Positions 1 through 9,244 of a stretch of 64,000 nucleotides of DNA are shown here, piece by piece. The stretch lies in NCBI GenBank assembly GCA_963827685.1, contig CAWHBU010000004.1, forward strand, positions 352,001 to 416,000. Reading direction: 5' to 3'. Origin of the DNA: an uncultured delta proteobacterium. Lineage in GTDB: Bacteria; Desulfobacterota; BSN033; UBA1163. The notes beneath the pieces were generated by a model. The model searched no databases, had not been told where the DNA came from, and worked only from the letters and a program-made list of their open reading frames with translations. A program made the translations under genes and the position numbers. Within the stretch, counting starts at the first letter, position 1. Each line of letters starts with the position of its first letter.

Positions 1-1
1 G

Positions 2-460
2 ATTCCCGATTTCAAAGGAGATCTAAACTCCTTAAAGGCCGTTCTAAAAGAATGCCCTGAGGTCTTGAATCACAATATCGAAACCATCTCGCGACTTTAT
101 CCTGAAGTCCGTCCTCAAGCCGACTATCAGAGATCGCTTGATTTGTTGAGAAGATCAAAAGAAGATTATCCTTTCATTCCAACCAAATCAGGTTTTATGC
201 TTGGACTCGGAGAGTCCCAGGAAGAGGTTTTAGAACTCCTTCGAGATCTGAGAGAGATAGGATGTGATTTCTTAACGATCGGTCAATACCTTCAACCCCG
301 TCAGGATCGCCTATCGGTCGTGCGATTTATTCCTCCGGATGAATTTGAAAAGTATAAAAAGATAGGGGAAGGGATGGGTTTTAAATCGGTGGCTTCGGGC
401 CCCTTTGTTCGAAGTTCTTTCCATGCAGGCGAGATGTTTGAAACAATCTCAATTCAATGA
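2..460 (+). CDS. lipA: Lipoyl synthase, C-terminal part (begins before the window)
   Basis: Frame open from base 2: IPDFKG..., NHNIET, TKSGFMLGLGE, LTIGQYLQP, VASGPFVRSSFHA are LipA motifs. Confidence 0.95.
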   Translation: MPDFKGDLNSLKAVLKECPEVLNHNIETISRLYPEVRPQADYQRSLDLLRRSKEDYPFIPTKSGFMLGLGESQEEVLELLRDLREIGCDFLTIGQYLQPRQDRLSVVRFIPPDEFEKYKKIGEGMGFKSVASGPFVRSSFHAGEMFETISIQ

Positions 461-512
461 TTAGCATAACTTATCCGATATTATTGTCTAAGGGGAGCTT
501 ATAAAAAATGTC

Positions 513-555
513 TTGATTAGGAAGGTGTGATGGTATATACTAATAGTGATACCAT
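513..555 (+). promoter_or_regulatory. Sigma70 promoter with overlapping inverted-repeat operator of the TA operon
   Basis: TTGATT(513-518)-17bp-TATACT(536-541); ATGGTAT(530-536)/ATACCAT(549-555) inverted repeat. Confidence 0.6.
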
Positions 556-567
556 TTAAGGAGGTGG

Positions 568-828
568 ATGTCTATGTCTAAAAATCTTTCACTCAAGCTT
601 CAAGACGAGATTTTTGAGGAAACCGAACAGCTTTTAAGGAAGGTTAAGCAGCCTCGGAACGCTTATATCAATGAGGCGATTCATTTTTATAATAAACTCG
701 TTGCCCGTAGATTGCTTAAGAGTAAATTACTCAAAGAATCGAATATCGTGGCAACTGATTCCATGGTGGTTTTAGAGGAGTTTGAAAAATTTGAAGAAAA
801 TTTGGCTGGAGAAACCAATGGAAATTAG
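568..828 (+). CDS. Putative antitoxin (ribbon-helix-helix-like)
   Basis: 86 aa, NLSLKL...RNAYINEAI RHH-like pattern, acidic C-terminus, AAGGAGG RBS, overlaps downstream toxin. Confidence 0.75.
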   Translation: MSMSKNLSLKLQDEIFEETEQLLRKVKQPRNAYINEAIHFYNKLVARRLLKSKLLKESNIVATDSMVVLEEFEKFEENLAGETNGN

Positions 829-1156
829 AAAGTGGAATGTCTATCTGGCCGATTTGAATCCGAGGATTGGAACAGAACCTGGCAAGACAAGGCCGGTTGT
901 TGTCGTTCAAAGCGATCTTCTTAACAGTCATCACCCCTCTACCATTATTTGTCCTTTAACAACGCAAATCCATCCCGAATCCAATATTCTTCGGGTGCAC
1001 CTTTCAAAGGGGGAGGCGGGTCTTATTGAAAAATCAGACATCATGGTTGACCAAATTCGGGCTATTGACAATCGTCGGTTTCTTAAAAGATTGGGGATAA
1101 TTGGAAGATTAAGTCAAAAGAAACTTGCGGAAAATATTCAAATTATTCTTAACTGA
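818..1156 (+). CDS. PemK/MazF family endoribonuclease toxin
   Basis: VYLADLNPRIGTEPGKTRPVVVVQ and DQIRAIDNRR motifs; ATG at 818. Confidence 0.9.
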   Translation: MEIRKWNVYLADLNPRIGTEPGKTRPVVVVQSDLLNSHHPSTIICPLTTQIHPESNILRVHLSKGEAGLIEKSDIMVDQIRAIDNRRFLKRLGIIGRLSQKKLAENIQIILN

Positions 1157-1196
1157 TTCAAGAGATTGTTAAATGTGAGAAAAGGAGGGAGAAAGG

Positions 1197-2113
1197 ATGT
1201 ACCCAAATAAGTTATTTTGCATTCTCGTCATTTTAATGTTGGCATTCACATCCTGTACCCTGAAGGAGACTCAACCTCCTCCCGTGGTTCAACCGCCGCC
1301 GGTTGTTCAGCCTCCTCCTAAGCCGGCCAAGATTGCTTTGGTGCTGGGGGCGGGTTCATTAAAAGGGTTTGCCCATATCGGCGTGCTCAAGATCCTCGAA
1401 TCGAATAAAATACCGATCCACATGATCGTGGGAACCAGTGCGGGGAGTGCTGTGGGGCCCTCTATGCCTATGGCATGGATGCCTTCTCGCTTCAGAAGCT
1501 TTCTTTCTCGGTACAGAAAGACGATATCGTTGATCTTCTCTATATCCCGAGCAATGGGTTTATTAAGGGTGAGAAACTTGAGGAATTCATTAACAAGTCG
1601 GTGAATAACACTCCAATGGAAAAGTTGAAGATCCCCTTTTACGCCGTGGCTACAGATTTAGAAAAGGGTCAGGAGATGATCTTTGGAAAAGGGAATACGG
1701 GGACAGCGGTCAGGGCAAGTTGTTCCATCCCGGGCATTTTCAGGTCCGTAAAAATATCTGATAAAATTTATGTGGATGGAGGGGTCGTAAGTCCGGTGGC
1801 GGTGGAAGCGGCGAAAAGACTTGGAGCGGATGTCGTCATTGCGGTGGATATTTCTTCAGCGGTTGATCGCACCCAGCCTGAGGGAACGATTGATACCATC
1901 CTGCAATCCATCAATATCATGTATTCAAAACTTAGTTCGATCCAGCTTGCCAAGGCGGATGTGGTCATCAAACCGAAAGTGGCCTACATCGGTTCAGGCG
2001 ATTTTTCAAAAAGACACGAGGCGATTCTTGAGGGAGAGAAGGCTGCGATCGAGGCACTTCCACAGATTACGGCTATCATCACTCAACTGCGACTGGAAGG
2101 AAGATTGGAGTGA
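1197..2113 (+). pseudogene. Patatin-like phospholipase lipoprotein, frameshifted at G-run 1454-1457 (or an assembly error)
   Basis: GAGSLKGFAHIG and GTSAG in the first frame, DGG in the second; one extra G restores ...VGALYAYGMDAF... Confidence 0.85.
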
Positions 2114-2140
2114 GGAGGATGAGGATAACAATGAAAGGGG

Positions 2141-2575
2141 ATGACAATGAAAAACAGAAGGAGTGCAATATTAGCCATAGCGACGTTGGGCAGTGTTATC
2201 TTCACGGGTGCCCTGCAGGCAAGCGAGGTGGCTGAGCAGGCTGCTATCACGGCATCTTCTGCATGGTTATCCTTAGTGGATGGAGGAAATTACATAGAAA
2301 GCTGGAACCAGGCAGCGGGGTTATTCAAGGCCGCTGTGACGAAAGACCAGTGGCAGCAATCACTGAAGGCTTTCAGGCTCCCTCTCGGGAAAGTACTGGT
2401 GAGGAAACTTAAATCGAAGCAATACACGAGGACCCTACCCGGTGTCCCCGATGGGGAATACGTTGTCATTCAGTATGAAACAACATTTGAGAAAAAACAG
2501 TCAGCCATTGAAACGATTACCCCCATGTTAGATAAAGACGGCAACTGGAGAATTTCAGGATACTACATCAAATAA
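2141..2575 (+). CDS. DUF4019-like exported protein
   Basis: Signal peptide; WLSLVDGGNY..SW, LPGVPDGEYVVIQYETTF, WRISGYYIK. Confidence 0.8.
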   Translation: MTMKNRRSAILAIATLGSVIFTGALQASEVAEQAAITASSAWLSLVDGGNYIESWNQAAGLFKAAVTKDQWQQSLKAFRLPLGKVLVRKLKSKQYTRTLPGVPDGEYVVIQYETTFEKKQSAIETITPMLDKDGNWRISGYYIK

Positions 2576-2630
2576 TGACCGAAATCAGCGCCGCAGGTCG
2601 TATCGCGTCCACTGGATTGAAACGTTACGC
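2570..2630 (-). other. Degenerate attC site after the TA cassette
   Basis: Minus strand: GCGTAAC (contains toxin stop)-TCAATCCAGTGGAC...GCGCTGATTTC-GGTC-ATT; R' GTT appears as ATT. Confidence 0.6.
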
Positions 2631-2894
2631 TATACGTTTTTTCCAATATCCTGGCCTTCGCCTACCATGGGCAATAGCAACAAGCTCAAGTTTTCCGGGA
2701 CCTTCGCGATATACCAAATAGAAAGGGAACCGCTGCAGGAGATACCGTCGCGTGCCCCGAACATAGTGTGGATACATTTCAGGGCTCTCGGCAATTCTAT
2801 CGACGGCATGATCAAGTTCAGCAAGAAAGGCGGCTGCCGCTCGCGCTTCAGCAGCGGCCTCGGGATGAACATCGATCTGTCGAGGGGACATCAC
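2625..2894 (-). CDS. RelE/ParE family toxin, apparently with an internal deletion
   Basis: HPEAAAE...RIAESPE...RRYLLQRFPFYLVY...AIAHGRRRPGYW; the usual WY...S segment after helix 1 is absent. Confidence 0.8.
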   Translation of the reverse strand: MMSPRQIDVHPEAAAEARAAAAFLAELDHAVDRIAESPEMYPHYVRGTRRYLLQRFPFYLVYREGPGKLELVAIAHGRRRPGYWKKRIA

Positions 2895-3115
2895 TGCCCT
2901 GCAATTCTTGCTCTTGCTTCAGCCCAGGGAATCAGTTTGACTTTGCCTTCGTCAATTTGCTTAAGCCGCATGACGATTTCGGCTTCCCACGCTGATTCCG
3001 CATCCCTGTCTACGGTTTCATCAAGGCTGTCAAGCAGGGTCCCTGCGAGAGCCGCCCGTGCTTCTGGGGGCAGTTTCAACGCTTCCTTTAGAATTTCGCT
3101 AATGTTTTGTTTCAT
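2891..3115 (-). CDS. Addiction-module antitoxin
   Basis: ALKLPPEARAALA..LLDSLD..AWEAEI..R..G.VKLIPW pattern; 4-bp overlap with toxin. Confidence 0.85.
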   Translation of the reverse strand: MKQNISEILKEALKLPPEARAALAGTLLDSLDETVDRDAESAWEAEIVMRLKQIDEGKVKLIPWAEARARIAGQ

Positions 3116-3153
3116 GGCTCAATTCTACCCCATCTGCAAATAAATTGCTACAA

Positions 3154-3196
3154 GTCCAGCAGGTCAGCTTAGCCCGGTTTGAACGAGGGGTTAGGA
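3154..3196 (-). other. Short degenerate attC site
   Basis: Minus strand: TCCTAAC-ccctc-GTTCAA...TAAGCT-gacct-GCTGGAC; R'' includes the gene stop. Confidence 0.6.
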
Positions 3197-3634
3197 AGCA
3201 GGCCTCGATTCAAACAGGTGTTTGACGGAATCACGCCCGAGAACGAGAAATGTCAGCACACCGAGCAGGGTGCCATATGGAATCCCAAGGCAAGAAATTC
3301 CGGCGACCACCATGCAAAAGATCCGTGACCGGCGACGTTTGATACACCGCGCGGTGAGGAACTTCAGTATGGCCAACGTGATCATGAGGAGAAATATAAC
3401 GAACCCAATAATACCCAGAAACCAGCCAATGAATGCAGGCGGTCCTTGGCCTGCTCGCACAGCAGCATCGGTCTTAGCGGTAAAGGCTGTGCCCAGCATC
3501 ACGCCCATAAACGCATACAGAAGCCCAAATAATGAGAAGAACGCACTCATTCCAGCGGAAACCATGTAGCCAATTGAAAGGAGTTTGAGGTGTTCTTCGT
3601 CGATAATCGTTTGGCGGATATCTTCATCGGACAT
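3191..3634 (-). CDS. Hypothetical membrane protein (gene cassette)
   Basis: Several hydrophobic segments, HLKLLSIG and PYGTLLGV motifs, GGAGG RBS; bounded by GTTTGGAAGC and GCTTCCTAAC. Confidence 0.8.
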   Translation of the reverse strand: MSDEDIRQTIIDEEHLKLLSIGYMVSAGMSAFFSLFGLLYAFMGVMLGTAFTAKTDAAVRAGQGPPAFIGWFLGIIGFVIFLLMITLAILKFLTARCIKRRRSRIFCMVVAGISCLGIPYGTLLGVLTFLVLGRDSVKHLFESRPAS

Positions 3635-3658
3635 GGCGAGCCTCCAATCGTCTTCGCT

Positions 3659-3690
3659 TCCAAACGGCGGAATGAATGACTTCTTAGAAA
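3659..3690 (-). other. Collapsed attC remnant
   Basis: Minus strand: TTTCTAAG-aagtc-ATTCA-ttccgcc-GTTTGGA; only 32 bp, centre apparently deleted. Confidence 0.45.
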
Positions 3691-4262
3691 CCGTTTCCGT
3701 TGCGTGTAAAAAGGATACTGTGACTTATGCGTATTTTCGGCCTATCTTTTACGACAAAACCGATTTCGTCCGCGGTTTGTATTGTCCGTAGAAAACTTTT
3801 CTTAGGCACGTGGAAGATGGGTTCAACGAGAAGGAAGAGCCCATCGGGTTTTAAGAACCCAAATATTTCCGTGAGGAATGCTCGTTGATCCGGAACCTCA
3901 TGGACCATCCAAAACGCCACAATAAAATCGACTTTCGAATGATTACCAAGGGAATCCGAGTTCGCAAGATGGGGTTTGATTCTTTCTGAAACTCCACAGC
4001 TGCGAGCTCTGCTGGCGAGGGCTGCGAGCATTCTGGCCTGAACGTCAATCGCAGTAACATGACCTGCTGGCCCGACCAATCTTGCAAGGGGAATGGAGAA
4101 ATAGCCCATGCCAGCACCGACATCTATTACGGTATTCCCAGGACGAACATAGGGACTTAATATGGTTTCAGGGTTATGAAGAAGCTTGCGTATGGGATTG
4201 TCGAATGTGAAACACAACCACCATGGGCAAACCATCTTCTGTCCAGTCAGCTTATCCAACAC
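3684..4262 (-). CDS. Class I SAM-dependent methyltransferase (gene cassette)
   Basis: VIDVGAGMG motif I, AIDVQ, LKPDGLFLLVE. Confidence 0.9.
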   Translation of the reverse strand: MLDKLTGQKMVCPWWLCFTFDNPIRKLLHNPETILSPYVRPGNTVIDVGAGMGYFSIPLARLVGPAGHVTAIDVQARMLAALASRARSCGVSERIKPHLANSDSLGNHSKVDFIVAFWMVHEVPDQRAFLTEIFGFLKPDGLFLLVEPIFHVPKKSFLRTIQTADEIGFVVKDRPKIRISHSILFTRNGNGF

Positions 4263-4273
4263 CTTGTTTGTGG

Positions 4274-4343
4274 CCCCTACGTTTTGAGCTTACGGGAAGC
4301 CGGGGCAGTCTCTCGCCGATCCCGTGAAACGATTCGTTAGGGT
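4274..4343 (-). other. attC site (R' degenerate)
   Basis: Minus strand: ACCCTAAC-gaatcg-TTTCACGGGA...TCCCGTAAGCT-caaaac-GTAGGGG; imperfect 70-bp palindrome; R'' complements the GTTAGGG before the upstream gene. Confidence 0.75.
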
Positions 4344-4353
4344 CTGATTTTTT

Positions 4354-5094
4354 TCATTTATCATTTGTATTCGGGAATAATAGTTCGCTTTCGATACCAA
4401 GTGTACTGATATCTTCAGTTGGCCGTATGACCTCATCTCTAAAATTCCTGCATGGGAAACCATAATGGTTTAGGGCATCACAACCTTTCTTAAATTTCCT
4501 CTCTGTAATAAACTTTTTCTTAAGGGTGAAATTCATGTTCTCTTGATCCCATTTGTAAATGCTTATTTCATACTTGTGTGGCTCATAATGAGCCGCATCC
4601 CATTGAAAGCTCCATTTAATCATTCCGTATCCATATTTCTTGCCAATATATCCAAGAAAGATACCGTCTTGAATTGTTAGGAATATGGGTTCTGGATTTA
4701 ATGATGTTATTTTGCCTTCCTTTTCCGCGATTATCTGAATCTCAAAGTGCTCATCAGATCCGCCAGGCTGTGCGGCTACCGCAAGCAGGACAGGACTCAA
4801 CAAGCCTTTAATATTGAAAGTCTTGAATCGAAGAAATGAATTAACGCATACGAATTCTTTGCCAGCATTAAGAGCCTTAAAATCCTCGCCAAATTGTGTT
4901 GAATATATTATCTCTGACCCCTTAAGTACCACCAGCACTGGGCTTTTGCCGAATTCCTCGACTGCCAGGACTGTAGTAATATCATTGACTTTAAAATTAA
5001 TTAATGCGGCTTGGGTTGCTTTCGGAGATGAATAGGCCTGTCCAACCAATAAAAAAGCAAATGCGATGATCAATGATATCTTTAATAATTTCAT
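4354..5094 (-). CDS. Hypothetical exported protein (first cassette)
   Basis: 246 aa with signal peptide, AT-rich; ATG about 10 bp after GTTAGGG (5111-5105). Confidence 0.75.
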   Translation of the reverse strand: MKLLKISLIIAFAFLLVGQAYSSPKATQAALINFKVNDITTVLAVEEFGKSPVLVVLKGSEIIYSTQFGEDFKALNAGKEFVCVNSFLRFKTFNIKGLLSPVLLAVAAQPGGSDEHFEIQIIAEKEGKITSLNPEPIFLTIQDGIFLGYIGKKYGYGMIKWSFQWDAAHYEPHKYEISIYKWDQENMNFTLKKKFITERKFKKGCDALNHYGFPCRNFRDEVIRPTEDISTLGIESELLFPNTNDK

Positions 5095-5313
5095 TTCTTG
5101 GTATCCCTAACGATTAATAGAGGAAATTCCGATTTGCTTGAGAACATCTTCTTCTAAGTCTACCTTTTTACCACTTTCTTAACCATCTGTCTATAAAGTA
5201 CTTGATTGTATTTCGTATCTTCACTATGATAGCAGAAAATAATTGCTGGTCCTTATTGCCACATTGTTAGAATCCAGGATTGTTACGCTGTATGAAATCC
5301 TTTGGGAGGGATT

Positions 5314-5730
5314 ATGAAGAGTTATCGAAAAGAGTTGTGGTTTGAAGTGCCAACTCGTAGAGCCTTAGTTAATATCACTCCGAAGGTTGAAGCCTGCCTC
5401 AGTGAAAGTGGTATTAAAGAAGGGCTGGCGCTGGTCAATGCCATGCATATCACTGCTTCCGTCTTCATCAATGATGATGAATCTGGCCTTCACCACGATT
5501 TCGAGGTCTGGCTCGAGAAACTTGCTCCTCATGAGCCCGTTAAACAATACCGCCACAATGTTGGGGAGGATAATGCCGATGCTCATTTAAAACGGCAGTT
5601 GATGGGGAGAGAAGTCGTTGTGGCCGTCACAGAGGGGAAGCTCGATTTTGGTCCATGGGAACAGATTTTTTATGGCGAGTTTGACGGCAGACGAAAAAAA
5701 AGGGTTCTCGTCAAGATCATTGGAGAATGA
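5314..5730 (+). CDS. yjbQ: YjbQ/UPF0047 family protein
   Basis: [34 protein letters not shown]. Confidence 0.92.
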   Translation: MKSYRKELWFEVPTRRALVNITPKVEACLSESGIKEGLALVNAMHITASVFINDDESGLHHDFEVWLEKLAPHEPVKQYRHNVGEDNADAHLKRQLMGREVVVAVTEGKLDFGPWEQIFYGEFDGRRKKRVLVKIIGE

Positions 5731-6120
5731 GTTAAAAGCCGCCGATTGTATTTTATTTCGGTAGATCCTTTTTCAATAATGGGATGACGTGGGAAAATTA
5801 GTAAATAGAAGTACTCTTTACTTTTATTGACTTTTTTGGAAGGGATTGATATTGAAAGGTCGTATAAATTAGACAGAGAAACAGCTAAAAACCCATGTAA
5901 ATAGGGGCTAAAATGAGCGGAAAGATTGTTTAAAGTGAAATTTTTTTGAAAAACGGTTTTGACGGACGTAAGGGAGGATGGGCATTGGGGTTGTCCGTGG
6001 TCGTGTAAAAGGAAAGCCCTAAAAAGGGGTAAAAGTAGAACGGTGGACAAGTGAAAGGAAATGTGAGAATGTGGAATTAGCCTTACAGACACTGTCAAGG
6101 AAATAATTTAGGAGGGAACG

Positions 6121-6633
6121 TTGATGAGATTATTTTTTAAGAGATGGCTTAACGATAAATGGGTATTGATAGGATTTGTAATAATAGTCTTTGGAGGGTT
6201 CTTTTTTGTAACAGTTGGGCAGGGTGGAACAACTGATAAACCAAAACCTCATGCAAACACCTACAATGAAAATTTAACCATTGACGCTACCGGAGGTGCA
6301 GGTCTTCCAGCCAAACCTGAACCTCCTAAATCTGAACCTACTAAACCTGAACCCTCTAAACGTCAGGGAAAGACTTACGATGAAAGTATAAACCTTGCCG
6401 TTAAAGCAGCTATTGAGGCTGAAGCTAAAGTTATCAAGAAAACAGTTGAGAAAACAGTCGTAATAGGAATATACTTTTTATTAATTACATTGGCATTGCA
6501 AATTGTCGCTTTAAAACCACCATGTCCACGGACAATTCAAATATGCATCGGTATTTTTGTCCTTCTGACGGCATCCTTGCTCTTCCAAGCCGATTGGTTT
6601 CTGCACTTTGTTAGTAAATTATTTGGGCTATAG
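6121..6633 (+). CDS. Hypothetical membrane protein with Pro/Lys-rich linker
   Basis: GGAGG RBS, N-terminal TM, KPEP repeats, two C-terminal TMs. Confidence 0.6.
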   Translation: MMRLFFKRWLNDKWVLIGFVIIVFGGFFFVTVGQGGTTDKPKPHANTYNENLTIDATGGAGLPAKPEPPKSEPTKPEPSKRQGKTYDESINLAVKAAIEAEAKVIKKTVEKTVVIGIYFLLITLALQIVALKPPCPRTIQICIGIFVLLTASLLFQADWFLHFVSKLFGL

Positions 6634-6825
6634 TTCCGCCACGAAAGGGATAGGAGACTCCCTTTTGATTCTTATATGTTGAACTTCCGTGCATGATTAT
6701 TACCGGAAATATTCGATTCTTAAAGCAGGCCTTGATTGTAGATAAGCAGGTGTACTCCTCAATTTAGGCTCTCTCCAAATATCCCCATCTGTCCCATCCA
6801 GTTAAGGGTCTCCTCCTGATTCTTA

Positions 6826-6854
6826 TTGACATCATGTTCCTGATTTAGTACACT
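6826..6854 (+). promoter_or_regulatory. Sigma70 promoter
   Basis: TTGACA-17bp-TACACT. Confidence 0.65.
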
Positions 6855-6926
6855 GCAATCGAATTTGAAGCTCTCCGCTATTAAACTCTAACCATATAGG
6901 GTGGATATGGTTATCAGATGAATTCA

Positions 6927-6963
6927 GACCCCATTTCTGAAAAGGAAATGGGGTTTTATTTTT
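6927..6963 (+). terminator. Intrinsic terminator or attenuator upstream of the SH3 lipoprotein gene
   Basis: GACCCCATTTC...GAAATGGGGTT stem followed by TTATTTTT. Confidence 0.7.
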
Positions 6964-7007
6964 GTGAATAGAGTTAAGGCCTTTATTTGAATAAAGGAGG
7001 TAGTTTT

Positions 7008-7631
7008 ATGAAGAGGTTATTTATTAGCTTGGCCTTTATTTTTATTGTTATAGGTTGCTCTTCAAAATCTCAAGTCTTATTAAAAGATACTGATTATTTA
7101 AAATATGGAACAAGAGCGAGTGTCATTGAAAAGGTATGGGGTAAACCTGATGAAACTATGGCGTTTCAAGATTATAGGGCCAAAGGCTATTATTACCATT
7201 CAGGCGTTGGCGGTTCGTGGGGGCCATATGGTGGTTCTGTCTCTGGTTATGGCTTTGGGGGAACATATACCCCTACAACAATCGTATGGGTTTACAAAGA
7301 GAAAGGCTATGCCCTCTTCTTTCAAAAAAGGGGGTTGTTAGATGAACAATATACCGCCATAATGTTGTGGAAATTAGTGGGATGGGAAAATTTGACCATT
7401 GACCAAACCACCAAACCTCAAGTAACTCCACCATCTTCAGGTACAACAACTGTTGTTACTGTCACCTGGACTTCTGCAAATATTCGTTCAGGTGCAGGGA
7501 ATGAATTCCCTGTCTTGACGACAGTGAACAAAGGAGACAGGTTAACCATAATTGGGGAACGTGGAGAATGGTTTAATGTTCGGCTGGAAGATGGAAAAGA
7601 AGGATGGATTAACAGTAGAGTTGTAAAGTAA
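7008..7631 (+). CDS. Lipoprotein with C-terminal bacterial SH3 domain
   Basis: Lipobox VIGC; ANIRSGAG...GEWFNVRLEDGKEGWI; AAGGAGG RBS. Confidence 0.85.
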   Translation: MKRLFISLAFIFIVIGCSSKSQVLLKDTDYLKYGTRASVIEKVWGKPDETMAFQDYRAKGYYYHSGVGGSWGPYGGSVSGYGFGGTYTPTTIVWVYKEKGYALFFQKRGLLDEQYTAIMLWKLVGWENLTIDQTTKPQVTPPSSGTTTVVTVTWTSANIRSGAGNEFPVLTTVNKGDRLTIIGERGEWFNVRLEDGKEGWINSRVVK

Positions 7632-7737
7632 AGGGAGAAGGGAATATTTGGCAAAGATGAGTTTTTGGAAATGGTGGAAGTGGTAAATCTTGAAATCAAG
7701 AAAACGGTATAACAAGCCGTGAAAGGGAATGACCTGA

Positions 7738-8163
7738 ATGAAATCCTTATTGGGTAGGTTGGGGGTTATCCTCGTAGTCATAGGATTCACTACCTTTTCC
7801 TATGCGGAAGTGTGGGGGGCGGATTGGAAGTTCTTGGATGGTGACGATGAGCGTTCGCTTTTTATTGATAGCGAAAGCATAGGTCGCTTATCTTCGGGAA
7901 CCCTTAGAATATGGACGAAATGGATTTATACCCCAAAAGGAATTTCAATTACCATAAGTAAGTTGGGGAAAAAGTATGAGAATTTTAGCTATGAAATTGC
8001 ACTCGATGAGTTTAACTGTGGAGACAAGACATTGAGGTGCTTACAGATCACTTCCTATACCAAGGACGGAAAGATTATAGAAAATGTAGTTAACCCTGGG
8101 AAATGGGAATCCATTATTCCAGAATCTGTTGGTGAGATCATTTACAAAGCAGTGTGCAAATAA
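7738..8163 (+). CDS. Surface-adhesin-E-like exported protein, copy 1
   Basis: Signal peptide, ADWK..., IWTK, EFNC, W.SIIPES...VCK. Confidence 0.7.
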   Translation: MKSLLGRLGVILVVIGFTTFSYAEVWGADWKFLDGDDERSLFIDSESIGRLSSGTLRIWTKWIYTPKGISITISKLGKKYENFSYEIALDEFNCGDKTLRCLQITSYTKDGKIIENVVNPGKWESIIPESVGEIIYKAVCK

Positions 8164-8171
8164 ATGAGAAG

Positions 8172-8207
8172 GGAGGTGAACCCGATTAACCGTTCCCGGC
8201 CAATGGC
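8172..8207 (+). repeat. 36-bp direct repeat, copy 1
   Basis: GGAGGTGAACCCGATTAACCgttcCCGGCCAATGGC; 33/36 identical to 9817-9852. Confidence 0.85.
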
Positions 8208-8226
8208 CTAAAAGAAGGGGGTAGAC

Positions 8227-8499
8227 ATGGCACAAAGGTTTGATGATTTTCCGGGATATTTCGGCTATCCGGTAGACTGTGGGGGCGTGTTTTTGGGTGA
8301 CAAATCAGGGAAAGATTTACCCCTTGCCCGTTCGGTTTGGGAATTACTCAATGGGGTTAAGTTAGATCAAGGTGAGGGATTTTTCATCAATCGAGATATT
8401 TATCATTTTAAAAGCGAATTTACCAAGGGACTAATCAATTTTCTAAAAGGGGTTTTGGAATTTATCCGATTGAATAAAATGTTTATTCGATTGGGTTAG
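8227..8499 (+). CDS. Hypothetical protein
   Basis: 90-aa ORF with purine-rich RBS in a packed array; no motif recognised. Confidence 0.35.
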   Translation: MAQRFDDFPGYFGYPVDCGGVFLGDKSGKDLPLARSVWELLNGVKLDQGEGFFINRDIYHFKSEFTKGLINFLKGVLEFIRLNKMFIRLG

Positions 8500-8510
8500 G
8501 GGTGAACGGT

Positions 8511-8771
8511 ATGGATGAAAGAATCAGACAGGCACAAGAAAAATTGGATTTTGCAATAAAGAAATTAAACCTAAATATTAGATGCGAAGTAATGAATCAC
8601 AAAGATGACAAATTTCCAACACAATTTTTTACGAGGGAAAATAAATTAATTATAGCATCTAATATCCATGAAGATTGGATTGAAGACACAAACATAAAAG
8701 AGGATTTTATTGATCCTAAATTACAAAAGTTTTTAACTAAGATAAACCGAAGGGCCAAAAGGATAAAATAG
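8511..8771 (+). CDS. Hypothetical protein
   Basis: AT-rich ORF in a packed array. Confidence 0.5.
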   Translation: MDERIRQAQEKLDFAIKKLNLNIRCEVMNHKDDKFPTQFFTRENKLIIASNIHEDWIEDTNIKEDFIDPKLQKFLTKINRRAKRIK

Positions 8772-8791
8772 GAAAAGAAGGGGTGACTCGA

Positions 8792-9232
8792 ATGAAATCA
8801 TTATCGGTTATGTTTGGATTTATCCTTGTCGGAGTTGTGATCTATGGTTATGGGAAAGTGTTGGGAGCGGATTGGAAATTGTATGCGGAAAGCGATTTTG
8901 CAAATTACTACTATGATGCAGAAGATATAATTCGCCCATCTGAAAACATTGTTAGGGTATGGAGTAGGACTCTTTATACGGAGAAAGGGGTAAATCAATG
9001 GAAAGCGAAAAAATTTGGGAAAGTCGTTCAGAAGTTTAGATACGAAAATTTAAGCAATTCAACAAACTTATGGGAAATTAATTGTGCTAAAAAAATGCAC
9101 CACATTTTATCATCAACTTTTTATTCCAAAGATGGGAGTGTTATAGAATCTTATAATTTTGACAGAGCCAACTGGATATCTATAAGGCCAGATTCTCCTG
9201 GCGAAAGTCTATACAAAACAGTGTGCAAATAA
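8792..9232 (+). CDS. Surface-adhesin-E-like exported protein, copy 2
   Basis: Paralog of 7738-8163 (MKSL.., GADWK, EINC, VCK); identical 3' end CAGTGTGCAAATAAATGAGAA. Confidence 0.7.
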   Translation: MKSLSVMFGFILVGVVIYGYGKVLGADWKLYAESDFANYYYDAEDIIRPSENIVRVWSRTLYTEKGVNQWKAKKFGKVVQKFRYENLSNSTNLWEINCAKKMHHILSSTFYSKDGSVIESYNFDRANWISIRPDSPGESLYKTVCK

Positions 9233-9244
9233 ATGAGAAAGTAG

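Noticed and set aside
459-490. dif-like site (GATTAGCATAA...)
   Set aside because: Only the XerD-like arm resembles the consensus; no XerC arm at 6-bp spacing
6055-6100. Possible IS end AATGTGAGAATGTGG
   Set aside because: No partner inverted repeat or transposase found
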